From an uncultured bacterium (GTDB taxonomy: Bacteria; SAR324; NAC60-12), in the NCBI GenBank assembly GCA_965662235.1, contig CBFIGY010000001.1, forward strand, positions 64,001 to 128,000: DNA of 64,000 bases, in the 5' to 3' direction. Made by a program: the position numbers and the translations under genes. The notes under the pieces are model-generated. The model did no database searches. It saw only the letters and a program-made list of their open reading frames with translations, and was not told where the DNA came from. The first letter of the stretch is position 1. Each line of letters starts with the position of its first letter. This document shows positions 29,358-39,094 of this stretch, piece after piece.

Positions 29358-30380
29358 TTACCGCTCTCCTGAAACACGAACCCGCGGATCCAGCAGGCCA
29401 TAGGTGAGGTCGGCCAGCACATTGGCCAGCACCACCGTCATCGTCAAAATAAGAAACACTCCCTGCATCGAGGTGTAGTCCCGGACCGTGATCGACTGGA
29501 AGAGGTAGTGCCCGAGGCCCCAGTAAACAAAAATTTCCTCAATCACCACGCCACTTCCCAAGACAAAGCCGATGCTGATCGTAAGCTGCGTGAAGAGGGG
29601 CAGCGCGGCATTGCGTCCCACATAGGCGGTAATGATGCGGGAGTCCCGCAGTCCCCGGGCTTCAGCAACGTTGACGTAGTCCTCATTGAGCACCCCCATG
29701 GTGCTGCTCTTCATGTTGAGCATCCACCCGCCCAAGGCGCTGACGACGTAGGTGATGATCGGCAGCAGGGCGTGCTGAAAGGCACTGATGAGGAAAGGCA
29801 GGTTCAGCCCCGGCTCCAGGCCTGGATCGTAGGTTCCTCGAACCGCCCCCACGTTGAACCACCGGAACTGCACCCCCAGCACAATCACAATCAACAGGCC
29901 CCAGATGTAGTTCGGGATGCCGGTCATGAAGGAGGCAAACAGCGACAGCAAGTAGTCGAGGGAGGAGTTTCGGTAGTAGGCCATCACCATGCCCAGCAAG
30001 ATGCCAAGGACAAAGCTGAAGAGCAGCCCCGTGCCCACCGCAAACACCGTCCAGGGCAAAAACCGGATGATCTCATCAGAAACCTTGGTTCCGGGAGACG
30101 TGATCGAGGTCCCTAGGTCCAGTCGTGCCAGGTCTCCCAGCCACCCTAGGTACTGATCCATCACCGACGCATCCGGATCGAGGTCAAAGCTTGCCGCCAC
30201 CCGGTCATAGGCTTCCGAGTAAGCAATTCCCTCATTGGTGAGGATCTGCTCCACCAGGATCTCAATCGGATTCCCAGGCATCAACCGGACCAGCACAAAC
30301 GTGAAGGTCGTCACCGCCCAAATGGTAAACACCGCTTGAACGAGGACCCGGAAGGTGTAGCTCTTGAGCAACGTGGGCAT
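29358..30380 (-). CDS. Opp/Dpp-family permease (OppB-like)
   Basis: MPGNP, DLGTS, EDYVNVAEARGL, RDY. Confidence 0.9.
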   Translation of the reverse strand: MPTLLKSYTFRVLVQAVFTIWAVTTFTFVLVRLMPGNPIEILVEQILTNEGIAYSEAYDRVAASFDLDPDASVMDQYLGWLGDLARLDLGTSITSPGTKVSDEIIRFLPWTVFAVGTGLLFSFVLGILLGMVMAYYRNSSLDYLLSLFASFMTGIPNYIWGLLIVIVLGVQFRWFNVGAVRGTYDPGLEPGLNLPFLISAFQHALLPIITYVVSALGGWMLNMKSSTMGVLNEDYVNVAEARGLRDSRIITAYVGRNAALPLFTQLTISIGFVLGSGVVIEEIFVYWGLGHYLFQSITVRDYTSMQGVFLILTMTVVLANVLADLTYGLLDPRVRVSGER

Positions 30381-30449
30381 GCAGTCGGATCAACCGAGTG
30401 AGGTGGGAAGGAGGGCGTCAGGGCCAGAAGGACTCCGGCCCCTCTGAGC

Positions 30450-32168
30450 TTACTGGGCCGGAGCCACGCCTCCTGTCAGGATCAGGTACGACATCCAGTT
30501 ATCAGTGCCGCCCCCAAAATTCGCGTAGATGGGGTTGTCTTCAGACGGAACCTGGAGGAACTTGCGGTTCAGTGCATTGTTCGTGTACCGCTCCCAGAGG
30601 GGAATCGCTGGCAGCAGCTCGTTGTACGAAAGGGCCAGCTGCGCCACCAGTTTGGCCTGCGCCTGCCGGTTCACGCCTTCAGCACTTGCATTCGAGGCGT
30701 CAAAGACGTTGAGCTGTCCACCGCTGTAGGTGACGTTCATCTTGAAGCCCATGCCACCGCCTTGCTCACCTGCCAGCTCACCCTGCCCGTTGTAGCGGTT
30801 GTAAGCCTGCAGGAAGCTCCGGGCGGGAATCGGATCGCCCAGGCCCCAGTTCCGGACGGCGAGCTGGAAGTTCCCTTCATAAATGTCCTTCGGGTGCTGC
30901 TGAAACTGCACCCCACGCAGCTGGATGTCAAACCCGAACGCATTCAGCTGAGATGCGGCATTTTCTGCAGCAGCGGACCAATCCGCGTACTCCTGCGGGT
31001 AGGTCAGTTCAAATGAGAGCAGCTTGCCCTTGTCATCGTGCCACTTGCCGTTGCCGTCCTTTTCAAAGCCGATGCTCTGCAGCAACGAAGCCGCCCGCTC
31101 GGGGTCGTACTCATACGGATTCAGCTGCTCCAGCGTCTCATCAGACAGCCAAGCGCCAGAAAGGCCATCGCTCATGCCCGTGGGAAACTCCACCGCCACT
31201 CCGGACTCACCGAGGCTGACGTATCCGTTTTGCTCCCGATCAATGGCATAGGCCATCGCCTGCCGGACCTCAACGCGTCCCAACGGATAGACACGGTGGT
31301 TCAGGTACAGCCCAGGGCCGTTGTTCATGCCAGAGCGCACAATGTCGATGCCCTGCTGGTCAAACACCTTCTCTGTCGTGGGCGGAATGCCGTGGGTGAT
31401 GTAGTGCAGCTCCTCATTTGCCACAAGGGGCGTCACCACTTCTGTCTCGCCATTCCACATCCGGACTGAGTCAAACTTCTGCAGCTTTCCGGCAAATCCT
31501 CCCGGATTGAGCGTCAGCACCAGATTGGCCTCGTTGATGCTCGAAGGCACAATCGCATAAGGTCCGGCCGACACAGGGGCCTCCGGACGGAACTTGGTCA
31601 GCTCGTTCAAAAGGCTGTCCCACGCCTCGGTGCCGGGACTCAGCTGGGTAACCCGATCTGCGAGGGCTCCGTAGACGCTTGCGGCCCGGACGTTGGTGGT
31701 CAGGATCAGACGCTCCACCAAACTGGAGGGAGCCTCCATGAGAAACTTCACCGTCTGAGCATCCACCTTCTCCACATCTGTGAGGCTCTTCCACACGGTG
31801 TCGCCTCGGAGTTGGAAGATCCGGAAGGTGGCCATCAGATCGTCTGCGCTCAGCGTGCTGCCATCGCTCCAAGTCACACCCTTCACCAGTCGGACGACGT
31901 AGTTGCCATCGGCATCCCAACCAAAGGAATCGGCCAGCATGCCTTCATACTCGCCAGACGCCCACTTGAGCACCGCTAGGGGGGGCTCATGAATGTCCTG
32001 ATACTGACCCAGCAGCAGACCGTTGGAAGCAAAGGTGTTGAAGTGTCCCGTCGGAGGAACCTGGTAGGGCCACGCGACGTTCAATACGCGTTCTTGAGCC
32101 TGAACGGGGCTCAGGGTCAGCAGAAGAGAAAAGAGGATCCACAAGAAGGAGATTCGTTGAAGTCTCAT
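30450..32168 (-). CDS. ABC family-5 solute-binding protein (peptide or oligosaccharide)
   Basis: Signal peptide; GVTWSDG...ADD, GPY, VRQAMAYAIDR, YDPERA. Confidence 0.88.
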   Translation of the reverse strand: MRLQRISFLWILFSLLLTLSPVQAQERVLNVAWPYQVPPTGHFNTFASNGLLLGQYQDIHEPPLAVLKWASGEYEGMLADSFGWDADGNYVVRLVKGVTWSDGSTLSADDLMATFRIFQLRGDTVWKSLTDVEKVDAQTVKFLMEAPSSLVERLILTTNVRAASVYGALADRVTQLSPGTEAWDSLLNELTKFRPEAPVSAGPYAIVPSSINEANLVLTLNPGGFAGKLQKFDSVRMWNGETEVVTPLVANEELHYITHGIPPTTEKVFDQQGIDIVRSGMNNGPGLYLNHRVYPLGRVEVRQAMAYAIDREQNGYVSLGESGVAVEFPTGMSDGLSGAWLSDETLEQLNPYEYDPERAASLLQSIGFEKDGNGKWHDDKGKLLSFELTYPQEYADWSAAAENAASQLNAFGFDIQLRGVQFQQHPKDIYEGNFQLAVRNWGLGDPIPARSFLQAYNRYNGQGELAGEQGGGMGFKMNVTYSGGQLNVFDASNASAEGVNRQAQAKLVAQLALSYNELLPAIPLWERYTNNALNRKFLQVPSEDNPIYANFGGGTDNWMSYLILTGGVAPAQ

Positions 32169-32342
32169 CGGGACGTCCTTACGCATGAGGGTCAGCAGTG
32201 CAGGCATGAGGTTCCATCAGAAGGGCAAGAGGAAGGCCCATCTGCCAGTGGTGAAACGGAATTCCCCACGTCAAGAGATGCGCCGAAAGATAACGGATTT
32301 GAGCGGGAATTGGTAGGGTTTTTCTGAAAATCAGAAAAACTT

Positions 32343-33326
32343 TCAGAGAATTGGGCGCAGGCCCATGCGCTCCCGAACCCGGGAGAGGACCCCACGCGCA
32401 ACGGCCCGGGCCTTGTCTCGCCCCTCTTCCAGAAGGCCATCCAGATGCGGGAGATCGTTGCGGAGGTCCTGGTAACGTTCCCGGGCGTCTGACAGTTCTG
32501 CGTTGATCAGCTCAAAGCAGGCCTGCTTGGCCTCTCCGTAGCCCATGCCCCCAGCGCGGTAGCGCTCGGCAAGCTCAGCCTGCTGCGCCTTGTCGGCAAA
32601 GCAACTGAAGAGGGCGAAGACGTTGCACTGGTCCGGATCCTTGGGCGCCTCAACGGGTGTGGAGTCCGTCTGAATGCGCATGATCGCCTTGCGGAGTTGC
32701 TTTTCTGGAGCAAAGAGCGGAATGACGTTGTTGTAGGACTTGCTCATCTTCCGTCCGTCCAGCCCCGGAATCACGGCCAGTTGCTCCTCAATCAGCGGCT
32801 CCGGAACCACAAAGGTCTCGCCGTAAAGGTGGTTGAAGCGCTGGGCGATGTCGCGGGTGATTTCGAGGTGCTGCTTCTGGTCTTTTCCCACCGGGACGAC
32901 GTGGGAGTCGTAGATGAGGATGTCTGACGCCATCAGGACGGGGTAACAGTACAGCCCCATGTTGACGTCCGAATCCTTGGTCTGAGCGTCTTTGAAGGCA
33001 TGGGCCCGGTCCATCAGTCCCTTGGAGGTGACGCAGGAGATGAGCCAGGTGAGTTCTGTGACTTCAGGGAGGTCAGACTGACGGAAAAAGGTATTGGCCT
33101 GGAAGTCCATTCCCAGGGCCGCAAAGATGGCCGTCAGGTCGTAGGAGTAGTCGGCAAGCAACCCTGGTTCGCGCAGGGTTGTCAGCGCATGGTAGTCGGC
33201 GATGAAGTAGAAGGTTTCATGCGTCTCCTGAAGCTTCAGCGCCGGCTTGATCATTCCCAGGTAGTTCCCGAGGTGCGGGGTGCCTGAAGGCTTGATGCCG
33301 GAGAGCGAACGGGGCTTGACCGCCAT
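32343..33326 (-). CDS. trpS: Tryptophan--tRNA ligase
   Basis: SGIKPSG.PHLGNY, YPVLMASDIL, VPVGKDQ, KMSKS. Confidence 0.97.
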   Translation of the reverse strand: MAVKPRSLSGIKPSGTPHLGNYLGMIKPALKLQETHETFYFIADYHALTTLREPGLLADYSYDLTAIFAALGMDFQANTFFRQSDLPEVTELTWLISCVTSKGLMDRAHAFKDAQTKDSDVNMGLYCYPVLMASDILIYDSHVVPVGKDQKQHLEITRDIAQRFNHLYGETFVVPEPLIEEQLAVIPGLDGRKMSKSYNNVIPLFAPEKQLRKAIMRIQTDSTPVEAPKDPDQCNVFALFSCFADKAQQAELAERYRAGGMGYGEAKQACFELINAELSDARERYQDLRNDLPHLDGLLEEGRDKARAVARGVLSRVRERMGLRPIL

Positions 33327-33327
33327 G

Positions 33328-33606
33328 TCAGGCGCCGGCGACCTCAGCTTGCGCTGGAACAATATGGATGTACTTGCGGTTCTTGGACCCGCCCTGGCGG
33401 AACTGGACGTATCCGTCGGCCAACGCAAACAGGGTGTAGTCCTTTCCGGTGCCCACATTATTGCCGGCGTGGAAGGTGGAGCCCACTTGGCGGACCAGGA
33501 TGTTTCCGGCCTTCACCAGCTCACCTCCGAATTTCTTGACGCCGCGGCGTTTTCCAGCTGAGTCTCGTCCGTTGCGGCTGCTGCCGCCTGCTTTTTTATG
33601 TGCCAT
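33328..33606 (-). CDS. rpmA: 50S ribosomal protein L27
   Basis: [16 protein letters not shown]. Confidence 0.98.
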   Translation of the reverse strand: MAHKKAGGSSRNGRDSAGKRRGVKKFGGELVKAGNILVRQVGSTFHAGNNVGTGKDYTLFALADGYVQFRQGGSKNRKYIHIVPAQAEVAGA

Positions 33607-33611
33607 TTTCG

Positions 33612-33926
33612 TTACGCGCTAATCGATTCAATCTTTACCAGCGTGCGTTGCTGGCGGTGTCCCTGGGTCTTGCGGTAGCCCTTGCGGCGCTTGCGCTTGA
33701 ACACAATCACCTTCTTGTCTTTGCGGTGATCGACGATGGTGCCCACGACCTTGGCGCCTGCCACGGTCGGGGTGCCGACCAGCAGCTCGCCGTCTTCCTT
33801 GCTGACCGCTAGGACCTGATCGTTTTCGTAAGCAGCTCCGGGCTCTGCCGAGAGGCTGTCCAGACGGACCGTCTCTCCGGGCTGGACCCGAACCTGGCGG
33901 CCGCCGGCCTTAATGATTGCGAACAT
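33612..33926 (-). CDS. rplU: 50S ribosomal protein L21
   Basis: [28 protein letters not shown]. Confidence 0.97.
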   Translation of the reverse strand: MFAIIKAGGRQVRVQPGETVRLDSLSAEPGAAYENDQVLAVSKEDGELLVGTPTVAGAKVVGTIVDHRKDKKVIVFKRKRRKGYRKTQGHRQQRTLVKIESISA

Positions 33927-33962
33927 CTTTCTCCTTCAGTCTCAGAAAACGCAAAACTCACT

Positions 33963-33991
33963 TTTATAGGGGATCCCCCCAAGAATGACAA
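33963..33991 (-). promoter_or_regulatory. Sigma-70-type promoter for rplU-rpmA
   Basis: TTGTCA-N17-TATAAA on the minus strand; overlaps a CCCCAAGAA/TTCTTGGGG hairpin (33977-34005) after pntB. Confidence 0.6.
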
Positions 33992-34013
33992 GCGTTTTCT
34001 TGGGGAGACGGAG

Positions 34014-35405
34014 TCAGCTGTGGAGCGCCGTGGCAACCTGAGTGAGGCTGGCCTTGGCATCCCCAAACAGCATCCGGGTGTTCTCTCGGAAGTACAGGGG
34101 GTTCTCCACTCCAGAATACCCGGTAGCCATGGTCCGCTTGAGCGCCACCACCATTCCGGCTTTCCAGACCTCCAGTACGGGCATTCCATAAATGGACATG
34201 CCCGGGTCCTCCTGCGCCCCCGGATTGACAATGTCGTTGGCTCCAATGACCAGCACCAGATCGGTGTTGGGGAAGTCCGGATTCAGCTCATCCATTTCCA
34301 GCACCACATCATAAGGCACCCCGGCTTCTGCAAGGAGGACGTTCATGTGACCCGGCATCCGTCCCGCAACCGGGTGGATGGCAAAGCGGACCTCGACTCC
34401 TTCTGCCCGAAGCGTCTCCGTGATGTCCTTCACCACATGCTGGGCCTGAGCCACCGCCATTCCGTAGCCGGGCACAATGACCACCTTGCGGGAATTGCGC
34501 AGCTGTTCCGCGACCTCCTCAGCATGAGTGGCAACCGCCTCTCCGGACTGTGTGGTGCTTTCCAGCACCGTGCCTTCTTCCACTCCCCAGCCTCCGGAGA
34601 TGACACTGAGGAAGGGGCGGTTCATTCCCACACACATGATGTAACTGAGGATGGCACCACTGCTTCCCACCAGGGCCCCGGTGACAATCAGCAGGTCGTT
34701 CGACAGCATGAAGCCCGCCATGGCGGCAGAAAGTCCGGAGTAGCTGTTGAGCATCGACACCACCACGGGCATGTCTGCTCCCCCAATGGCCATCACCATG
34801 TGCACGCCCACGGCGCCTGCAACGGCAGCAATGAGCAGGAGCACAAACCAGTGGTTGCTGGTCTCTCCAGCCAGAACAATGGTTCCAAGAATGAGGATCG
34901 CCACCAGCCCTGCTAGGTTCAGCAGGTTCCGGTTGGGAAGGATCACCGGCTTGCTGCCAATGCGACCGCTGAGCTTGCCGAAAGCGACCACGGATCCCGT
35001 GAACGTGTAGGTCCCGATCACAACCCCGAGGATGATTTCCACCTCGTGGATGATCAGTTCGGCGCCCGTGTAGGCTCCGGAGTTGAGGTAACTCGCCAGC
35101 CCGACCATGGCTGCAGCCAGGCCGCCGAAGCTGTTGAGGATCGCCACCATCTCGGGCATCTGGGTCATCTCAACACGGGTTGCGGCCAACCACCCGAGGA
35201 CGGATCCCGCAAGAAGCATCAGCAGCAGCCAGAAGTAGTTTCCGGACTCGGGGAGGAACAAGGTGGCCAACACGGCGAGGCTCATTCCCGCGACGCCCAG
35301 CAGATTACCGCGCCGGGCGGTGTCCTGCCGACTGAGGCCACCGATGCTGAGGATGAAGAGAACGCTGGCGATGATGTAACTGACAGTAATGATTCCTTGA
35401 GGCAT
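34014..35405 (-). CDS. pntB: NAD(P) transhydrogenase beta subunit
   Basis: [46 protein letters not shown]. Confidence 0.97.
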   Translation of the reverse strand: MPQGIITVSYIIASVLFILSIGGLSRQDTARRGNLLGVAGMSLAVLATLFLPESGNYFWLLLMLLAGSVLGWLAATRVEMTQMPEMVAILNSFGGLAAAMVGLASYLNSGAYTGAELIIHEVEIILGVVIGTYTFTGSVVAFGKLSGRIGSKPVILPNRNLLNLAGLVAILILGTIVLAGETSNHWFVLLLIAAVAGAVGVHMVMAIGGADMPVVVSMLNSYSGLSAAMAGFMLSNDLLIVTGALVGSSGAILSYIMCVGMNRPFLSVISGGWGVEEGTVLESTTQSGEAVATHAEEVAEQLRNSRKVVIVPGYGMAVAQAQHVVKDITETLRAEGVEVRFAIHPVAGRMPGHMNVLLAEAGVPYDVVLEMDELNPDFPNTDLVLVIGANDIVNPGAQEDPGMSIYGMPVLEVWKAGMVVALKRTMATGYSGVENPLYFRENTRMLFGDAKASLTQVATALHS

Positions 35406-35441
35406 GACTCGACTCGACTAGAAGATTAACGCTGAGGGCAA

Positions 35442-37001
35442 CTATTTACGGAACATTCCCAACATCCGGTGGGTTACCAAGAACCCGCCGACAATGTTGA
35501 TGGTTGCAATCAGCACCGCGAGTCCAGCAATCAAGGGACTGGTGCCAGAGAGGTGAATGATTCCTCCAAGGACAATGATGCCACTGATGGCATTGGTGGC
35601 ACTCATCAGAGGCGTGTGCAGGGAAGGCGCGACGTTCCAGACCACCATGTACCCGACAAAGCAGGCCAGGACAAAGACCGTCAGGTGCGAAAGGAAGGCC
35701 GACGAGCCCCCGACTCCCACCAGCAGAATGAGGACTGCAGCCAGGCCATAAGCGACCTTCCGGTTGAAAAGCCGATCCAGTGCAGAAGGTTCCGGCTCTG
35801 GTGCCACAGGCGGCGGTTCCGCTTTAGGCGCAGCGGAAGCCTTTTCCGCAGGTGCGGCTGCCACCTTGGGCGCAGGAGGAGGCCAGGTGACCTCACCTTC
35901 ATGCGTCACCGCAACGGCGCGGGTGATCTCGTCCTCCATGTCGACCTGGAAGCCCTCTGCATCACCGAGGTGCTGAATGAGTCGCACTAGGTTGTTGCTG
36001 TAGAGCTGACTGGCCTGGGTGGGCAGCTGGCTGGGCAGGTTCGTGGCCCCGACAATGGTGACTCCATGAGCCTGCGTCACTTCTCCCGAAACCGTCAGCT
36101 CGCAATTGCCTCCGGTCTCAGCGGCCAGGTCCACAATCACCGAGCCCGGACGCATCCGTTGCACCATGTCTTCAGTAATCAGGCGAGGAGCCTTCTTTCC
36201 CGGAATGGCAGCGGTCGTAATGATGATGTCCACTTCCTCTGCCTGCTGCGTGAAGAGCGCCATTTCTGCGTCAATGAAGGCCTGGCTCATCTCCTTGGCG
36301 TAGCCTCCCTTTCCGGTGCCGTCCTCCTGCAGATCCACCTGCAGGAACTCAGCCCCTAGGCTCTTGACCTCATCCTTGACAGCAGGTCGAGTGTCAAAGG
36401 CTCGTACAATGGCGCCGAGGCTCTGGGCGGCTCCAATGGCGGCCAGTCCCGCCACTCCGGCTCCAATGACCAGCACCTTCGCAGGAGGGATCCGGCCGGC
36501 TGCTGTGATCTGTCCGGTGAAGAAACGGCCAAAGTGGTTTGCCGCCTCAATCACCGCCCGGTACCCGGCAATGTTCGCCATGGAACTGAGCACATCCATG
36601 GACTGTGCTCGGGAGATACGCGGAATCGCGTCTAGGGCCAACGCCGTCACTTCCGCCTGAGCAAGCTTCTTGAGCAGCGCATCATTCTGTCCGGGGGACA
36701 TGAGGCAAATGAGCTTTTGTCCCTTACGCAGCAACCGCGTCTCCAGCTTTCGGAGCTGAGGGTGCTTCTCCGGAGGGTGCACCTTGAGGATCAGATCCGC
36801 CTGCGACCACACCACCTCTGGGCCATCTACAATTGTGGCGCCCGCTTCTTCATAGAGCGCGTCCGGAAAGCTGGCCAGCTGGCCGGCTCCGCTCTCCACC
36901 AGTACGGAAAATCCTTGTTTCTTCAGCGCAACAACGCCTGCGGGAACCAGCGCCACACGCTGTTCACCAGTATGTACTTCTCGGGGAACACCAATGATCA
37001 T
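35442..37001 (-). CDS. pntA: NAD(P) transhydrogenase alpha subunit
   Basis: [35 protein letters not shown]. Confidence 0.97.
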   Translation of the reverse strand: MIIGVPREVHTGEQRVALVPAGVVALKKQGFSVLVESGAGQLASFPDALYEEAGATIVDGPEVVWSQADLILKVHPPEKHPQLRKLETRLLRKGQKLICLMSPGQNDALLKKLAQAEVTALALDAIPRISRAQSMDVLSSMANIAGYRAVIEAANHFGRFFTGQITAAGRIPPAKVLVIGAGVAGLAAIGAAQSLGAIVRAFDTRPAVKDEVKSLGAEFLQVDLQEDGTGKGGYAKEMSQAFIDAEMALFTQQAEEVDIIITTAAIPGKKAPRLITEDMVQRMRPGSVIVDLAAETGGNCELTVSGEVTQAHGVTIVGATNLPSQLPTQASQLYSNNLVRLIQHLGDAEGFQVDMEDEITRAVAVTHEGEVTWPPPAPKVAAAPAEKASAAPKAEPPPVAPEPEPSALDRLFNRKVAYGLAAVLILLVGVGGSSAFLSHLTVFVLACFVGYMVVWNVAPSLHTPLMSATNAISGIIVLGGIIHLSGTSPLIAGLAVLIATINIVGGFLVTHRMLGMFRK

Positions 37002-37076
37002 GGATGCCTTTTGGGAATCTGGAGGATGCACCTGTCCAAAGGAAGATGCATGAGTGGGGAGGCGAGGCAATTGGAG

Positions 37077-37104
37077 ATCTTAGCGGCTTTCCCGGCACGG
37101 TCAA
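37077..37104 (-). promoter_or_regulatory. Sigma-70-type promoter for pntAB
   Basis: TTGACC-N16-TAAGAT on the minus strand. Confidence 0.5.
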
Positions 37105-37175
37105 GCAAGTTTGCTACAAAATGTTCTGGAAGGGAGACTTTTAGGGGGTGCAGCACCCTGACGGCTACCTTAGCT

Positions 37176-37664
37176 TCAGCGGCCCGGCTTGAGGCTCATG
37201 CCACCGACTCGGTAAGGAGGTTCCGGGAGGGCCTTGTGCTGACGGAAGGTTTGTTCAACCTGTTGCAGCAGTCCTTCTGGAAACGGCGCCACCTTCGGCT
37301 CGTCTCCGGCCTGGCTAACGTGCAGCATCAGCGTTTCCTCCACTGCGTGAAGCTGGGTGCGGGATTCACTCCAGAGGGCCTGCCAGACGAGGATCCGTTT
37401 CGGATCCATGGCCACCAGGCGTGACTCCACCTCAATCTCGGTGCCCTCCAGCAGTTCCTTGAGGTAGTGAATACGGATGTCCAGCGTGTACAGCGTGCCC
37501 TTAGTCTGCAGGCGATACGGCTCATCCACCCCAATCGCTTCCATCACCTCATCCACTGCGAAGCTGAAGATCAGCGTGTAAAACGCGTCTCGGACGTGCC
37601 CGTTGTAATCCACCCACTCCGGGATCACACGGGTCCGGTAAATCAGCGCATCATCAGCTGACAT
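37176..37664 (-). CDS. Hotdog-fold acyl-CoA thioesterase family protein
   Basis: PEWVDYNGHV.D..Y, YTLD..IHYLKE. Confidence 0.85.
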   Translation of the reverse strand: MSADDALIYRTRVIPEWVDYNGHVRDAFYTLIFSFAVDEVMEAIGVDEPYRLQTKGTLYTLDIRIHYLKELLEGTEIEVESRLVAMDPKRILVWQALWSESRTQLHAVEETLMLHVSQAGDEPKVAPFPEGLLQQVEQTFRQHKALPEPPYRVGGMSLKPGR

Positions 37665-37707
37665 GAGGCTCCTTCATGAAAAAAATGAGGGGATTGATGC
37701 GTGGGAT

Positions 37708-38094
37708 TCAGACCACGGTCAGGCGGTCACGGATCAGCCCAAAGAACTGCGGGAGGCCTCCGGGTTCTCGGACGTAACGCCACCCAAGGTGCAGGTTGCA
37801 CTGCTGGCAGTTCTGGATGACCCAAGCAAACCCAGGGAACCAGGTGTCCTCAAGGATCGCAGGCGAGCGGTCCTGAAGCGCCTCCGCCTGATGCACCAGG
37901 ATCAACGTGAAGGAAAACCCGGCCGAGTTTTTAAAGAGGTGATACGGAGACTGCCCCTCCCAGCGAAATGCGTCCCGCAGATTGGCGATCCGGGTGTGAC
38001 ACCCCTTGCAGTGCAGGAAGCGGTTGGGCGCCTGACGCTCCCGAAGCCGCTCCTCAAGCACCTCCGGAGGAGTGGGGTTGAAGCCGAGCCACAT
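37708..38094 (-). CDS. Cereblon-family (CULT domain) protein
   Basis: CxxC (CKGC), TWFPGFAW, CxxC (CQQC), HLGWRY, FFGLI. Confidence 0.88.
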   Translation of the reverse strand: MWLGFNPTPPEVLEERLRERQAPNRFLHCKGCHTRIANLRDAFRWEGQSPYHLFKNSAGFSFTLILVHQAEALQDRSPAILEDTWFPGFAWVIQNCQQCNLHLGWRYVREPGGLPQFFGLIRDRLTVV

Positions 38095-38097
38095 CGC

Positions 38098-38949
38098 TTA
38101 GTCCAGCACCATGACGACACGGGCTTCCTTCAAAAAATTCAGTGACTTGGTGAGCTTCCGGATTGCATTGGCATCCTGGTCTCGGACCACTAGGTCGGTT
38201 TGGTTGGCACCAGAAGCAGAGACCGCTTTGATCATGAGCGGGCTGCCCTGAACTCGGTCATTGGTGGTGGCCTGCTCGGGATCCTTCACGTAGCCTGCCA
38301 TGCCGTGCTGCTTGACGAACTCCGCATCCACGTAGGCGGAGCCATAGAGCTCCCGTCCGGACTCATCAAACACCTTCGGCGCCATTGCCGGCTGCAAACC
38401 GGTTCCACGGGCGTCAATGACGAGTCCTGTGTAAATCCGGTTGGGGTCGATTTGAGTCGAAAGGCCACTGTCTCCGGCATCCGGTCCCGGAAGAGGCGTA
38501 GGAGCCGCCGCAGGGGCATAGAGGTCATCCGGAATGATCTGACGCAAGGAGGCTTCCACACGGATCTTGACGCTTCCATCAGAGAAGAAACGCGGCGTGC
38601 CCACGGTTCGCAGGCCATAGAGTTTGCCCTGCACTCGCGTCCGGACGGTGTCGTCTGACAGCATGGCGTCCCGCATGGTGGTGCTCGAGGTCAGGTTGAT
38701 GCCCTGCAGCATCTCCAGAGCGTTTCGGGCAGCATCCAGACGAGCGGCACGTTCAGCGGTCGCGTTTTTCTGAGCCTGGCTGGTGGCCTTGCTAGAAGGA
38801 GCCCCTGCGCCTTCGGCAATCACCATTTGCCGGTCCCAGTCGATGCAGGCGGCAGCGCCTTCCTGCGTACAGGCCTGATCAAGGGACTGCGCCGCCAGAG
38901 GCGTCACGGTCAGGAACAAGAAAGCAATCAGGGAGACGAGTTTGTTCAT
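38098..38949 (-). CDS. Exported protein, LPP20-like N-terminal domain
   Basis: Signal peptide; A.RAA.LDA.RN.LE; YTGLVIDARG...PAMAPK. Confidence 0.65.
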   Translation of the reverse strand: MNKLVSLIAFLFLTVTPLAAQSLDQACTQEGAAACIDWDRQMVIAEGAGAPSSKATSQAQKNATAERAARLDAARNALEMLQGINLTSSTTMRDAMLSDDTVRTRVQGKLYGLRTVGTPRFFSDGSVKIRVEASLRQIIPDDLYAPAAAPTPLPGPDAGDSGLSTQIDPNRIYTGLVIDARGTGLQPAMAPKVFDESGRELYGSAYVDAEFVKQHGMAGYVKDPEQATTNDRVQGSPLMIKAVSASGANQTDLVVRDQDANAIRKLTKSLNFLKEARVVMVLD

Positions 38950-39039
38950 CCAAACCTTTCAGGGAGAGGGGATGGAAGCAGCGGGGGAGGCCGGGGTGGT
39001 TGGGAACACCGGACTCGCATCAAAACGTGTCCGGCGTCA

Positions 39040-39055
39040 TGCATGGGGCACGCCA
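39040..39055 (-). promoter_or_regulatory. Candidate sigma-54 (-24/-12) promoter
   Basis: TGGCGT-GCCCC-ATGCA (GG-N10-GC), about 90 nt upstream of ATG 38949. Confidence 0.45.
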
Positions 39056-39094
39056 GTTGATCGGGTCAACCAGCGTGTAACAACTCAATCCGGA

